Of a stretch of DNA of 64,000 nucleotides, positions 12,741-25,128 are shown piece by piece. How positions within the stretch are numbered: the first letter of the stretch is position 1; every line of letters starts with the position of its first letter. Made by a program: the position numbers and the translations under genes. The notes under the pieces were generated by a model. That model searched no databases and was not told the DNA's origin. It worked only from the letters and a program-made list of their open reading frames with translations. Origin of the DNA: Camelus ferus (lineage: Eukaryota); NCBI RefSeq assembly GCF_009834535.1, contig NC_045696.1:9178001-9242000 (forward strand). The letters are read 5' to 3'.

Positions 12741-13986
12741 ATACTTCTTATTTTACATGTATTTTTATGCATTTTATTTTATGTAATTTATTACATTTGT
12801 GAAAAATTTATAGTACTGCCCTCTTGATTATAAAGCCATGATATTTCTTCCCCAAAAAGAATAAAATCAAGGCATCCATAAGAGAGCCTTTTATATTATA
12901 TTAAAAAAGCAAAAAATTTAAAAATAATCTGATAAACATAGATCTTTCCACGTATCCCTGGCAGCTGGGAATAACCACGTCACTGAGTGGAAATGTTAAT
13001 CTGGCAATCCTGGTGATCGGACAGACTTTTTCAACTCAGAGGCCAGAGGACAAGTTGTCTTAGACCTATGTCAGGAAATGTCCCCAAGAGGTTTTCAAGG
13101 TGAAAGGTCAGCATCCCATCTCCCGTATTTTCCATCTCCTGGGCATCCACAAGGGAAACACTCAGATTATTGACTATGATTCTCAGATCAGCCTGATCTT
13201 GCATAGCATCGTAACTTGGGCAAAGGCCAAGAACTTATAACCATCTCATGTTCTTCTGTTTATGGTCTGGGGTCCTGTTGAGCCATCTTACAAATCAATT
13301 CCAAGTTCTAGTGGTGGTAATTGACTTGTCTTTTGTAGCTGCCAAGCTCCCCATTCATTTCAGCACTTTCACGAGGGCTTAAACAGACCAGATTGTCTCT
13401 CTCATTTCTTTGGTCTGCCTACCTTTTTATCTATCTGTCTTCTTTGAGGTATTTCTGGAAAGAAAGAAATATCGGGGATGCCATTATTTCATAACATTTC
13501 TCACCTGGTATAGAGGCATCCTTGATTTGAGTTAGCATTAAGACTCTGTCCAACATCGTTTTCTGCCTAAGAATCAAATACTCAGTCATTTAGGATGAGA
13601 AGGTAGAATGCTTACATAGAATTCTACTTCTTTGAGTTCAGCTGAGAGCTACTGAATGATTCGTAATGTGGGTTCTTTCAGTCTCCTCGTCATCAAGACT
13701 AAAGACCTGGACCTCTTTACCTGTGCCCTAGCCCCATCTCAACGTCTTGTTCCAAAGTTCTCAGTCTTCTATTCCATCCTCTTTTCTCCATTTGGCTTCT
13801 CTTTCCATGGCTGCCACAGCCCCCTCACCAAGACCAATGTCCTAGCTCCTGACTGGTCTGTGGGCTTACAATCCTGACCCTCAAATTCATCCTTCTCACT
13901 GATTCCTGACGCTCTCCCTGAAGCATGGCTGTGCTTAGGGCTGTGATGCCCCTATAATGTCCAACTGCCCTTGGGAAAAAGTCTCC

Positions 13987-14795
13987 TGTGCTACTGTGAT
14001 TTATAAGAAGAAATAATATATTTGACCTTTGTCCCTGTTTCTGACCCAGAGCTCCTAAAACCATTGGAATTTCCTATGATGAGAGTGACAAACATGTCTC
14101 TTGTTATATTAATAAGGTGACTTTGAGACTGCACCTAAGGGTGGGGACTGTTGCCAGGAGAATCCATGGTGTGCTTCGAGGTTTGGAACTGTCAGTCTCA
14201 TCCCTAGCCTCTGGGGAGGGGAAAAGGGCTGGAGATTGAGTTCACTTCCCAATGGCCGATGATTTAATCAGCCATGCCTATGTAGTAAAGCCCCCATAAA
14301 ACCCTGAAAGACAGGTTGGGAGAAATTCTGGGTTGGTAACACACAGCGGTGAGGAGAGTGGCATGCTGGTGTGCTAAACAAGGGCAGGGAAGCTCTGTGC
14401 CCTTTCCCTATACTTTACCCTACGCATCTCTTCTGTCTAGCTGTTCCCAAGTTACATCCTTTTATCATTAAACCAGTTCTCTAATAAGTAAAGTGTTTCT
14501 CTGAGTTCTGTGAGTAATTCTAGCAAATTAGCCAATCCCAAGAAGGTGTGTGTTGGAACCTCCAGTCTCTAGCTGGTCAGTCAGAAACACAGGTGACAAC
14601 CTGGACTTGCTTTTGACATCTGAAGTGTGGGAGGGAGGGGCCGGTCTGGTAGGATTGAGCCCTTGACCAGTGGGATCTGACACTGTCTCCAGGGAGGTAG
14701 GGCGAGAATTGGATTAACTCGTAGGACACCCAGCTGGTGTCAGAGCATGTGCAGGGGAAACCCTCCATACATGCTTTGGAATTGGACTCAGAATG
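13987..14795 (+). mobile_element. ERVL-class solo LTR (MER21-like)
   Basis: ~800 bp starting TGTGCTACTGTGATTTATAAGAAGAAATAATATATTTG...CAGAGCTCCTAAAACC, with GATTTAATCAGCCATGCCTATGT and ATTAAA...AAGTAAAGTGTTTCTCTGAGTTCTGTGAG. Family recalled from memory. Confidence 0.75.
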
Positions 14796-14879
14796 TTTCT
14801 CTTCAAACCCCTTAGTGATAGACATGGTTATGGGGCTTCGCGTTGTACAGGGAACAGCATGCACCCCAAGCTGGGGCTT

Positions 14880-15060
14880 GGCCATCAACGGTCTTGAGTC
14901 CAGGTCCTGGCTCTGCCACTTACTGTCTGGGTGGCCTTGGGTATTAGTCACTTTCTATAAACCTGCTATTGTACTGATGGTGCCTTTTTTCAAAAGGTTG
15001 TGGTGAGCATAAAACTAGACCATACACATATGGGACTCTGGCCCATGATAAGTGCCATCA
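14880..15060 (+). mobile_element. MIR SINE
   Basis: CCTGGCTCTGCCACTTACTGTCTGGGTGGCCTTGGG. Confidence 0.6.
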
Positions 15061-18000
15061 GATATGGCCCCTTACTGGGGCTGGCCTCTCTGCAGCCACA
15101 TGTATCTCCTCGGCTGTCTCTTCCCCAGCCCAGGGTGCGCTACCCAACACCCGTCACATCCCTTGGGCTTCTTTCTTCCCATACTCATGTCCTATGAGCT
15201 ATCTTAAATTCTCCTCCCAAGCCCCGCGCTCCCTCCAGACTCAGTGCCCTCCCCATCTCTTCCTCAGAGCGTCCCCAGCCCTTCCAGATGGAGCTCATTT
15301 CTTCCCTTTCCTGCGCTCCTGTGACTCTTGGTTTTTACCTCCACTGTCACATTCATTATATTCCACATCAAGCTGTCAGTATTTGGTGACCAAACAGCCA
15401 CTCCTTCTAGACTGTGCATTGGGTGAGGCTTGGGGCCACGCCTTCAGAAGCTCTCACTCCCTGAGACTGCTCAGGCCAGGTCTTTGCACATGGGAAGTAC
15501 TTGCATTACATTAATTGATTATGGAATTCATAGTTGGTTGATTGCTTCAAGAACGCTATACGTTGTATTAATTCTAAAGTAGCAGAAATCCCCACCTTTC
15601 CCCCACCCTGAGACACAAACTTCTAGTCCGAGAAATGCAGCTTTGTATTAAACAGGAGATGGTGTGTCTGTCGTGTAATACCAACAGGCCACTGAAGTTT
15701 CATTTCACTTGATGTGTCAGAAAATCAATCAGTGACTTCAGCAAAATCTCGAGACTTTCCTCCGTCTCTAGAGCCACGGTAAATAATTGATGTCCCTTTC
15801 CCACACCACCTACAAAAAACTCTTCTACTCTTGAACCTGAATAATTTTCAGAATATGCATTATTGAATCTGCTTGGATCTCCTGTTACCATACTTAAAGA
15901 ACAAAGAAGACAACTTAAGTCTCAGGGTAAAAGCTTTTCACATCCCAGGACTAAGGATGTGAAGAGGCTACTGATGTTCAAAGCTTCAGGCCCCTGAGGA
16001 TACATTTTTCATATGTTTATAATGTTAATTTTTGCTCTCCGTGTCAGCAAAATAAGGTTGACCTAGGAAAAAATGGAATTTGCAAGTGTTAAAATTTGAA
16101 GATAATTCTGAAATGAGTCATCCGAACATGATGGATCTCTCACTCTTATTTCTCTAGTCTGACAACACCTTGCACTTTGCCAAGGAGTAACAAACATGGT
16201 AATAGACACCATCAAAACAGAGTGTCACGTGACTGTCAGGACGAACCTTTTGTATTTGCATATAATTCTTCTGCGCTGATTTTGAAATGCTTTTCTCCTT
16301 TGTGGCTCACCACAACCACCATTCTATGCGATCAAAGCAGGTGAAATGAATATGAGTTTTTACATCCACTTGGGATGGGCTTAGCAAGGAGGAAGGAATA
16401 AATCGAATAATTACCAAAGGAATGTCAAGTACAAGGACCATTCTCAGCAGGACCTGACCGGCGATGATCTTAACTTGACCTGTGAGGCGTTTCTTACCCA
16501 TCTCTCTCCTCTTAAAAGGTCCACTCTCTTCTCCTCTCATGGTCCTTTATTCTTCTATTAAATTTTCTTCCTTATAAGACTCAATCAGAACTTAAGATGT
16601 TCTCAGATTAATAAAAAGTAAAATACCATGATATGGAAATGTTTCAAGGTTTTAAAATACTTTTATGCGTCCCTTTCCTGGTATTTCACAATAGAAAATA
16701 GTTCAAGTCCCATTGATTGGAGAGCAGATAGGCTCAGCACAGTCGAACATTTGTCTTATAGGATATTTCATCTGATCCTCATAACAGAGGTATAAAGGAA
16801 GAATTGTCCCCGTTCTATAATTCAGGAAAGAGATTCATGGGCCAGCCCAAGGGAAGTAACACCGCCAGGAAGCCAGGCTCAGCTCTGTGTACGTCAGGTT
16901 TAAGTGGGTTTGTTCTCCTGTTACCACGTGTCCCGGCATTATGCTCAGATCTCTGTGGAGGCTGAAGATGGAAGCACATCCAATAAATGGCAGCCTTCCT
17001 GAATCAATTACGTGACAGACAAAAAGGAGGGGGCCATACGCAAGGCCAAAGGCCAGCTCTACTGCTGCTCAAAGCCAGATTGCAGAATGAAGCTTAGACA
17101 TGCGGCAACAATGGGCCCCCAACACCGCACTCAAAATTCAATAGACTTCCTCCGTCTCAGGCCCCGTGAACCGGTGCTGAGCCTGAAAAACACACTACAA
17201 GAAGACACTGGCCTGAATGGTTGCCTCCTGCAGCCCCCAGTCCCCTGAGGAGACAGGGAGGGGACTAGGTTCCCAGAGCCACCACCACCTTCTCCCTGAC
17301 CCACCACCCCACCCAGTGAGGGGAAGAGAGAGACCAGGAGCCGTGCCTGCCTGGAGCCCTGCACGTGGCAGCAGCTTCAGGGACGGAGAAGAAGCCCGGG
17401 TTCCCTGGAAGTGTCCTCTAAGGAGTTTCACGTCATGGGCACAGCCAGTGCTCAGGTGCACCCTGCGACTTTCTGGCAGGTGTCACGCTCTTAATATTCC
17501 ACCATCCTCATTGCAGACTCGGGTCACATGAATCCCTGCAGAGACCAAGATGTCAGAAGTCCTTGTTTCCCGCACTTCACTGACTCACTGGGTGACCCAG
17601 GGCAAGCCACTTAACTCGTCTGTGTCCCAGTGTCCCCATTAATCAAGCCTGCATGGTTGATGGGACTCGTCCCTGTGGATAATTCCTCCATCACGGGCAG
17701 CACAAGGGAGCCTGCAAACTCAGCCAGGAGACGGACGACCACTCCAAGGGCAGAGCTCGTCTGCCTTCTGCATGTTTCGAAGGAGTTCCCCCTGTGATAC
17801 ACCAACTGGGAGAGAATTCCCTTGGCAGAGTCTGGGCAAGTGTTCATCCAGAGCCTTGAGCGTACCGAGTAACAGGAGGTTATTTCATGCCTCTTGAATG
17901 TTCGACGTCTGAGCAGCTACACACACTTGAATATATATTTTACCCCACTGACAGGCCCAAAACGGACATATGGTTTAGATTTTGAGACAACGCTCCGTGT

Positions 18001-19007
18001 AAAAAGCCTTTCCTTTTATAGAGGCATATTTTTAGAGTCTCCGAAGCTAAACTCTGGGTTGAATTTAATCCATGCCAACCTCCGGCCCAATCAAGAACCT
18101 AAACACAACTTTGTATCAGTGGAATACACTGTTAACTGAGATGTCAGAAAATCAATTAATTACTTTTAAGAAGCAGTTAAGAGTACCCCTACAAAGCTGC
18201 CATGTGAATTATTAAAGAATACAAGGTGAGGGTCCCCACCCCTGCCCCAAACCAAAGCCCTGTGTCACAGGGTGGTTCCAAATATGCATTATTCTGTCCT
18301 GAATCCTAAATGAAAATAGTGCAAAGTTGAAGGGGCAAAAAAAAGAGAGAGAGAGAGAGAAAAAGTGATGAGGCTTAAGTGGCGGGGAACCTGGCAGAAG
18401 GAGGAATTTGCTGACGCTGCTATACACTGCCCCAGGGCACTGCCCGTCTCTGAGTTTTCCACTGTGCACCCCTGTGTCTTCAGAAAAGGCTGCAGAACAT
18501 CCACCTGCATCTGCTCAGCCCTAGTCCTTGGTGGACGGGCAGCCCTGTGTGGAGCCCTACAGGTTTCTTCCTTTCCTGGAGCCCTGCTCATCCCAGAGAA
18601 AAGCTCACTTGAGGCCCACCACTCCCTCCTGCTCCTGCAGTTCTAAGCTGGCTCCAGCCGGGGCCAGTGGAGCCCCCTGGGTGGCAGGCTGGGGCTTCTC
18701 CCCAGCCCTGCGTTGGTATCGATTCAGAATGTTTAGCTCAGATGCAGTCACACTCATCCAGACATGTCCTATGTATCTGGGAACAGCACTAAGGCTGCCC
18801 TGGAGTTTCAGACATGCATCAGACGTGGATTCCCCAAACAGAGAGCGAATCCCCTCCCATCCTGACTTAGCCTGCGCTCCAAAGACAAGGAAACCAGGGA
18901 ACCCAGTGGTCTGCGGTTGTAAGATGAGTGCCCGGGCTGGGGCACAGGGGCTGGGGCACAGGGTCTGGGGGGCATACAGAGGAGTCTCCTTTGCTTGTGT
19001 CTCTTTG

Positions 19008-19256
19008 CTTTTTTTAAACATTTTTGTTATTGAGTTATATTCATTTTACAATGTTGTGTCAAATTCCAGTGTAGAGCACAATTTTTCAGTTATACATGAA
19101 CATACATACATTCGTTGTCACTTTTTTTTTCACTGTGAGCAACCACAAGATCTTGTATATATTTTCCTGTGCTGTACAGTATAATCTTTTCTATTCTGCA
19201 AATGCCTGTCAGTATCTACAAATTTTGAAATCCCAGGCTGTCCTTTCTCACCCCCC
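19008..19256 (-). mobile_element. Young lineage-specific L1 3' end
   Basis: T-rich tail then TTTACAATGTTGTGTCAAATTCCAGTGTAGAGCACAATTTTTCAG...TTCCTGTGCTGTACAGTA. Confidence 0.8.
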
Positions 19257-19275
19257 GAAAAGCTCAGAGATGCCC

Positions 19276-19402
19276 TTTTTTTTTTTAACTTTACTACATT
19301 TTTTGGGGGGAGGAGGTAATTGTTTTATTTATTTTTTAATGGAGGGACTGGAGATTGAACCCAGGACCTTGTGCACGCTAAGCACACACTCTACCACTGA
19401 GT
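19276..19402 (-). mobile_element. tRNA-derived SINE, camelid Vic-1-like
   Basis: GGAGGTAATTG...ATGGAGGGACTGGAGATTGAACCCAGGACCTTGTGCACGCTAAGCACACACTCTACCACTGAG. On the minus strand it has tRNA A/B-box-like CTCAGTGGTAGAG...GGTTCAATC. Confidence 0.75.
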
Positions 19403-19768
19403 TTGATTTAACCAGAAATGTTTACCAACAGAGCAAGAAAAACCATGCATTTGCATAACCAAAGCGTAAGCAGCTCAGGTTAGGAAGCGACCTCCTCCAA
19501 CTTCTGGCTGGTTGTGGTGATCACTGCGTCTGAAACTCAAATGCCATCAGGCGGGTTCCTTAGGACGTTGACCGTGTCAGCTTCCAAAGCCCTCTGGGTA
19601 CCCAGAGTCTGGGCTTCTGGACTGAGAGCCAGAGATTAAAAGCACAAGTCATAAAGGGAGATGTGTTTTCACCACTCAGCACCTGCAAGCAGGTACCCCC
19701 TCGCCCTGACATCTGGGCTGCCTCAGGGCTCAGCAGGCTGGAGAGGAGGTGGCTGCTATGGTTCTTCC

Positions 19769-20350
19769 TCATTCATTCATTCATTCACTCATTCATTCAT
19801 GAAAGGAACTTAATGAGAATCAACTCAATTCCAAGCACTTTTTTTTGATGCTGGGCCCTCTCTGGCAATGGACTGGATAAAGTCTCTTTCTCCCTACGTC
19901 CACTGCACCTGTCGCTTGGAGGATGGAGGCAGACAATAAATAAGTGAACACAGATACCAAACAAGACAAATGCACCAATGGAAATAAATCAGTGTGTGTG
20001 TGTCCTGTGATACGAGTGACGGTGCCAGGGTAGGAAGTGGGGTGACTCTAGCCATTACTCTGTCAGATGACAATTTGGGCAGCCATGGGAAAAACCATGG
20101 GATGGGGGCCGCGGGAGGGCAAGTGGTCCAGGCCTGTGAAAAGATACAAGAAGAGCTTGGTGGGTCTGAGGAACAGAAGGGAGGCCGAGGCAGAGCAAGC
20201 TGACGGATACAGATGCTCTGAGAGATCAGAGGCGGCTGGGCAGGGTGGCCCAAGGCCTTGAATTCTGAGTGCTCTGAAAGTCTCTGTGCCCTGGGAAGCC
20301 CTCACAGAGTCTGGTAGACGAGAGACGTGATCTGATTTACGTGGGTCTCT
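19769..20350 (-). mobile_element. L2 LINE fragment with (TCAT)n tail
   Basis: CATTCATTCATTCA at 19769-19800 followed by degenerate L2-like sequence. Confidence 0.55.
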
Positions 20351-22529
20351 GGCTAGGAGATTTCAGCAGGACTGACTGGAGGGGCTTTTTCTTCGCATCA
20401 CAAACTCCAGCGCCAAGCAGGCCACAGCCCCTCCCCTGTGGGAGCATGGCTTCAAACGTGACCATCGGGTACTTAGCCCTGGCAGATTCCCCTATCTCTC
20501 TGTGCCTCAAGCCTCTGATCAAGGCTAAGATCCCCTCCCAGGGTTGCTGTCTGTCTGCACGACATCTGGTCCTCCGCTTCCCGTTTCACAGACACTGGCT
20601 GCTGCTATTGTTAATGTCAACTTTACTCCCTACATTATCCCCATGAGTGTATTTTTCATGCTGATTTCTACCAATTTTTGTCCAGCAAACATTTATGGAA
20701 CATTTACTCTTTATCCCCTGGGTCCTGCCCACCACGAGCAGGCTTATGAGCCCAAATAGGGAAGCATCCCTTCCCCCCAAGTCTGAGAGCTCCTACTGCC
20801 CCCAGGAAACTCCAAGAAGGGCTTTCTGTGCCCTCCTCCCAGGTCTTGCATTGAAGTGTTACTCACTATTTAACTAACGTGCCAAGAGGCACATCGGGCG
20901 TGCTGAGGGGTGTGCGGTTCACCCGCAAGCCCACCCATAGTTCCCGGGGCCGGCCAGGGGAGGACGCTGGCCACTCCGAGGGCGGCGGCGGGACTCTGTC
21001 CAGCATGCCGGGGGCGCTGTCCGGTGCCGGGCTCCCTTGGGGCAGGGGGAGTTTAACCGTCACGTAGAGGGCGAGGGGCAGTGGAGCCTTCTGCCCTGCA
21101 TCTCGCTTTCATTACGCAGCTCTTGACTTCAGAAAGGCAGTTCATTTGTTCTTAGCTCCCAGAAGCCCAAATGAGTTCCCCACCAGGAAAAAACTAACAA
21201 ATACATTTTGGAAATTATCTCCGTCACTGATGATTTGATCAGGAAATCACAAAAAGGAGAAAACTCAGACCTGAGAGAGCCTCGAGCCTCCAGCCAGGAG
21301 GAGATGGGGGGAGCAAGAGAAGCAGAACTCTTTGCTCTCTTGCCAGACACCGGGGAGCCAGGAGGCATGACTCAGGCCCCCACACGCCAGCTTTGGTTTT
21401 TCAGGATGGCAGACAGAGGGTGAGGGAAGTCCGTGAGCCCCTGGGGAGGAGACAGCTAAGCCATGAACCCAGCAAGCACAGGAGCTGGTTGATGGAAGCT
21501 GATTTCAGGGCTAGTTTCTGTACATCTTGATTTGTTTAAAACTGCATCTGTTGGCTTGTTTCAATGTCAACACTGGTCAGTGTGTGTCCTTTACATCATA
21601 AAACACTGCAGGGTGGCCCACGCCCAACTGGCCAGGTAAGGATTTCCAAGAGGAAGAGGAAGAGGAAGAAAAAGAGAAAGGCATGATGTGAATTGAAATT
21701 TGGTGAGAGGATCCAGAACTGGAAAGAGCAAGTGTGAATATCTCAGAGAGGTCTCTGTTCCTCCATACTTTCCAATGATGATAGAAGTCACCTTCCCTGT
21801 GGTGAAGGATGGCCGGGCTGGAGCCAGGGATCCACGGCGAGCCCTCCTGCGCATCAGAGCTCACCACCCTTTGAGCCTCCTTCTGTAGACATGGAGGACA
21901 TCAAACAACACATCATCTATTTTTTTTTTTTTTATAAGAAGTGTAATGTGGTTCGTGTGAAAGTTCAACCTTCCTCTGTGTTGGGGGCAGCATATGAGCT
22001 GCATTAAGAAGCTGCCTCTGTGCCCAGAGAAGGAAGTAATATCACCATCATCTGTCTCCATCTCTCCTTTTCTAGTTGATTTTCACAGTTGCAGGGCTGG
22101 GTCTGACATGAGACATGCAAAAAATGAGAAGGGAGGGATGGAGTTATAAACCTATCTGATGTGATCCAAATGGATTCCATCTGCTTGCCACATAAACGAG
22201 ATATAATATAAGCATGCACGAATTCCTCCTGCAAGGATGGGCGTTCATTTCCAAAGGGTGCCCACGTCAGCTGAGAGGAGAGCAAGAGTCTTATTAAGTC
22301 CCTGACTGTGATCTGAGCACCCGCACAAAAAAGAGAACACAGAGTTGGCCTGATGTGCTGTTTACGCAGGGAGTCTTGTGACCAGGACCCCAAAGTCAGC
22401 TTTACCCGCAGTGGCCTCTAGTACAACCCAAGACAAACTGGCTGTTCGCATTTTTGCCCTGCCCCAGGATTCAGGTTAAATTTGTGTGAAAACCAAAGGC
22501 ATAAACTATTTGCATAGAGAAATCTTTTG

Positions 22530-23210
22530 CCTTAAAGATAAATAATAAGATTATATCTCCTGTCCCCCACCATGCACACCCAGGAGTGCGTGTGCAAGCT
22601 TGCACACACACGCGCACACACATACACATGCAGACCCCATCTATTATAGCAGAAAGACCAGTGACTCGGTTCCTCTTTCTTTAGAATTAGAAGATAAGCC
22701 TTTTACACGTCCTGGGTCATTGGTCACATTCGATGTATAATGCAAACGAAGTTCAAAGGCTGACTTTGACAAAGGGCGTTTGCAGAAGGATGATAAAAGG
22801 TGTCTGATAAAACACACACACACAAGACTTTAAGCAATAAAGACTTACAAATTGGGAAAGCAGGGTTTGGGGAGCGGGCGTGAAACTGTGTTATCTACAG
22901 CGTCAGCACTGAGAGATAGTGGCCCAGAGCAGAAGGCTTTATCTGGCCCCCACAAGAATAGAGATTGCACCGCCTGAACCACCCTGTCTGCAAAGCCCAG
23001 GAAACACCTTGCAGAGGAGTTGAAGCAATATTTGGCATCCTGGCCCTCGGTGACAGTTAAAGCAATGTTACAACATCGCATTGAGCAACGACCTCACCGT
23101 ATTATCCAAGTCTCTGTTTTTACACCACGTTTTCCCCGCTGGAGAGATAAATGGGACATTTTGGGTGACATTTTTTGGTTGTCCCCTTACTTTCAGTTTA
23201 GACTATCAAA
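22530..23210. promoter_or_regulatory. GATA-site cluster, candidate haematopoietic enhancer
   Basis: Nine WGATAR sites starting at 22536, 22692, 22791, 22805, 22891, 22914, 22939, 23145 and 23203 in non-repeat DNA. Confidence 0.6.
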
Positions 23211-24904
23211 GAGAGGAGAGAGACACTCTCCCTTCTTCCTTTCCAATAGAATTGAAAAAATCCTTTCCCGATAGACATTTCAGGTAGGAGGTTAGTCATA
23301 TTCATGCTTTGCCTCTTACTGCGTTATTTCTCGAGATTTTCAAAGGATTCTCGGTACCTCTCCTTGGAGATTTATTACTCAGTCCCTGCAATTTCTTCGG
23401 GGCTAGAGTTTATGTGATTGCAATCAGGAAACCACTTTGAAAGGGAAGAAATCAATTTAGTTTTTTGTAAGCTGTAAATTTTCTGTAAATAAAATTTCAC
23501 AAGGCCATCCCTTTTTTTTTTTTTTTTTTTAATTTAAAGAAGTAACAACACGGCTGTTGAAACAGTGACAGGTTTGGGAAAAGGACCCTAATTAATGACT
23601 CATGGGGTCTCAGATTGGCTACTATGGCGGGACCTGGGGGGAAAAAAACACTCATTTTTTGGAAACTCCCTTCGCTATATAAAATAAATGGATTGTGCAA
23701 AAGTGTCTGCTCAGATGCTTCTCCCCTCTCAAAATGATTGAATGCCTTTCCACAGAACTGGGGCCTTCAGAGCGGTTTCACTCTGATTTGATTTATAATA
23801 ATCCTTTACTTTTGATGACTGTGTTTGGCTTTTCAAAGTGCTTCAGCAGTGATGGTTGAACTTCTCGATGTAACCTTTTGACAATGGCAGGGCTTGAGAC
23901 CTGGCCAGTGAGGAAACAGAGGCACAGCAAGGTTAGGGGACCTGCAGAGCATCACAGAGGCTCGCCCACCAAGTCATCTAACAAAATATGTTCCAAGAAA
24001 AAAGGATATTTTAGGCCAGAGGCTTTCAGACTTTTTTGAATAGCAAGCAACAGTAGGAAGCAAATTGCATGCATGACTCAGGAGACTGCTCTATCCGTCA
24101 GAAAAAAAAAGGGCTTCAGGAAGCAATACTTGCTCTTACTACTTGTGAAGTACTCCGTTTTCCATTTATTTCCTTCCATTTCTTTTTCTTCTCTTTCTTT
24201 TATCTGTATAATAATAATAATCATTCTTTTTAATTTGCAACCAACTCATGGGTCACAATCTATGATGCAGAAGTCACTGCTCAGAAACTTTGCACATGGC
24301 AGGGTCCTTCTGCTGTTTTCTAAGTCAGAAGTCAAGATGTACCTCTCCTGAGTTCCCAACGCACTGCCGAATGCTGAGCGCGGTTCTCCGGTCATGGTTT
24401 TCTCACTCTGTAAAAAGCCCCCCAAGGCTGTCCTTAGGGTCAAGCCTTCCCACTGTAGGCGATTCATGACCCTCCTGGCTATGAATACACCATCAACTCC
24501 TAATAAATAATGAATACTAATGACAAAAACAAAACACCTCCCAATAAAGTCAGAAGGAGAATGGGGCTGTGCCCTAAAAATGGCATAAGGCTCTCTAAAT
24601 AAAGGGCTTTAATGCATTTTATATTTAAACCATAAGGCCCTGGGCTCAAACCCAAATTGAGATGAGCTCTATTCCTTAAGTACCATTCTGGAAAAGTCGC
24701 TGAAATATTTATCCATCTATCTGGGTTCAGTGCTTCTGCAGCAGCTCAGTTCCTTGTGTCATGTCCCTAGAGTGGACCTGCCTACACAACCCCTCGAACT
24801 GGGGGTGGGCTGCCAGGCAGCAGCAAAGGTGGTCCTTCTGGAAAGTCGCTGTCTGTGAAACTTCTTGCATGGGAAATATGACGAAGAGCACTGTTTTTAA
24901 AAAC

Positions 24905-25012
24905 AACCACCCTACATATAAAATAGATCAACAATAAAGTCCTACTGTAGAGCACAGGGAACTGTATTCAATACCTTGTAATAGCCTATAATGAAAAGGA
25001 ATATACATATAT

Positions 25013-25054
<42 letters not shown>

Positions 25055-25128
25055 CTGAATCACTATGCTGTACACCAGAAATTAACACAACATTGTCAAT
25101 CAACAATACTTCAATTATTAAAAAAAAT
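24905..25128 (+). mobile_element. L1 3'UTR fragment containing (AC)18 at 25017-25052
   Basis: ATATAAAATAGATCAACAATAAAGTCCTACTGTAGAGCACAGGGAACTGTATTCAATA...ACTGAATCACTATGCTGTACACCAGAAATTAACACAAC. Confidence 0.85.

Noticed and set aside
18528..19184. 218-aa ORF
   Set aside because: Non-ATG start, runs into an antisense L1 3'UTR, no coherent protein.
19340..19402. tRNA-like A/B boxes
   Set aside because: Part of a SINE with an AT-rich tail, not a tRNA gene.
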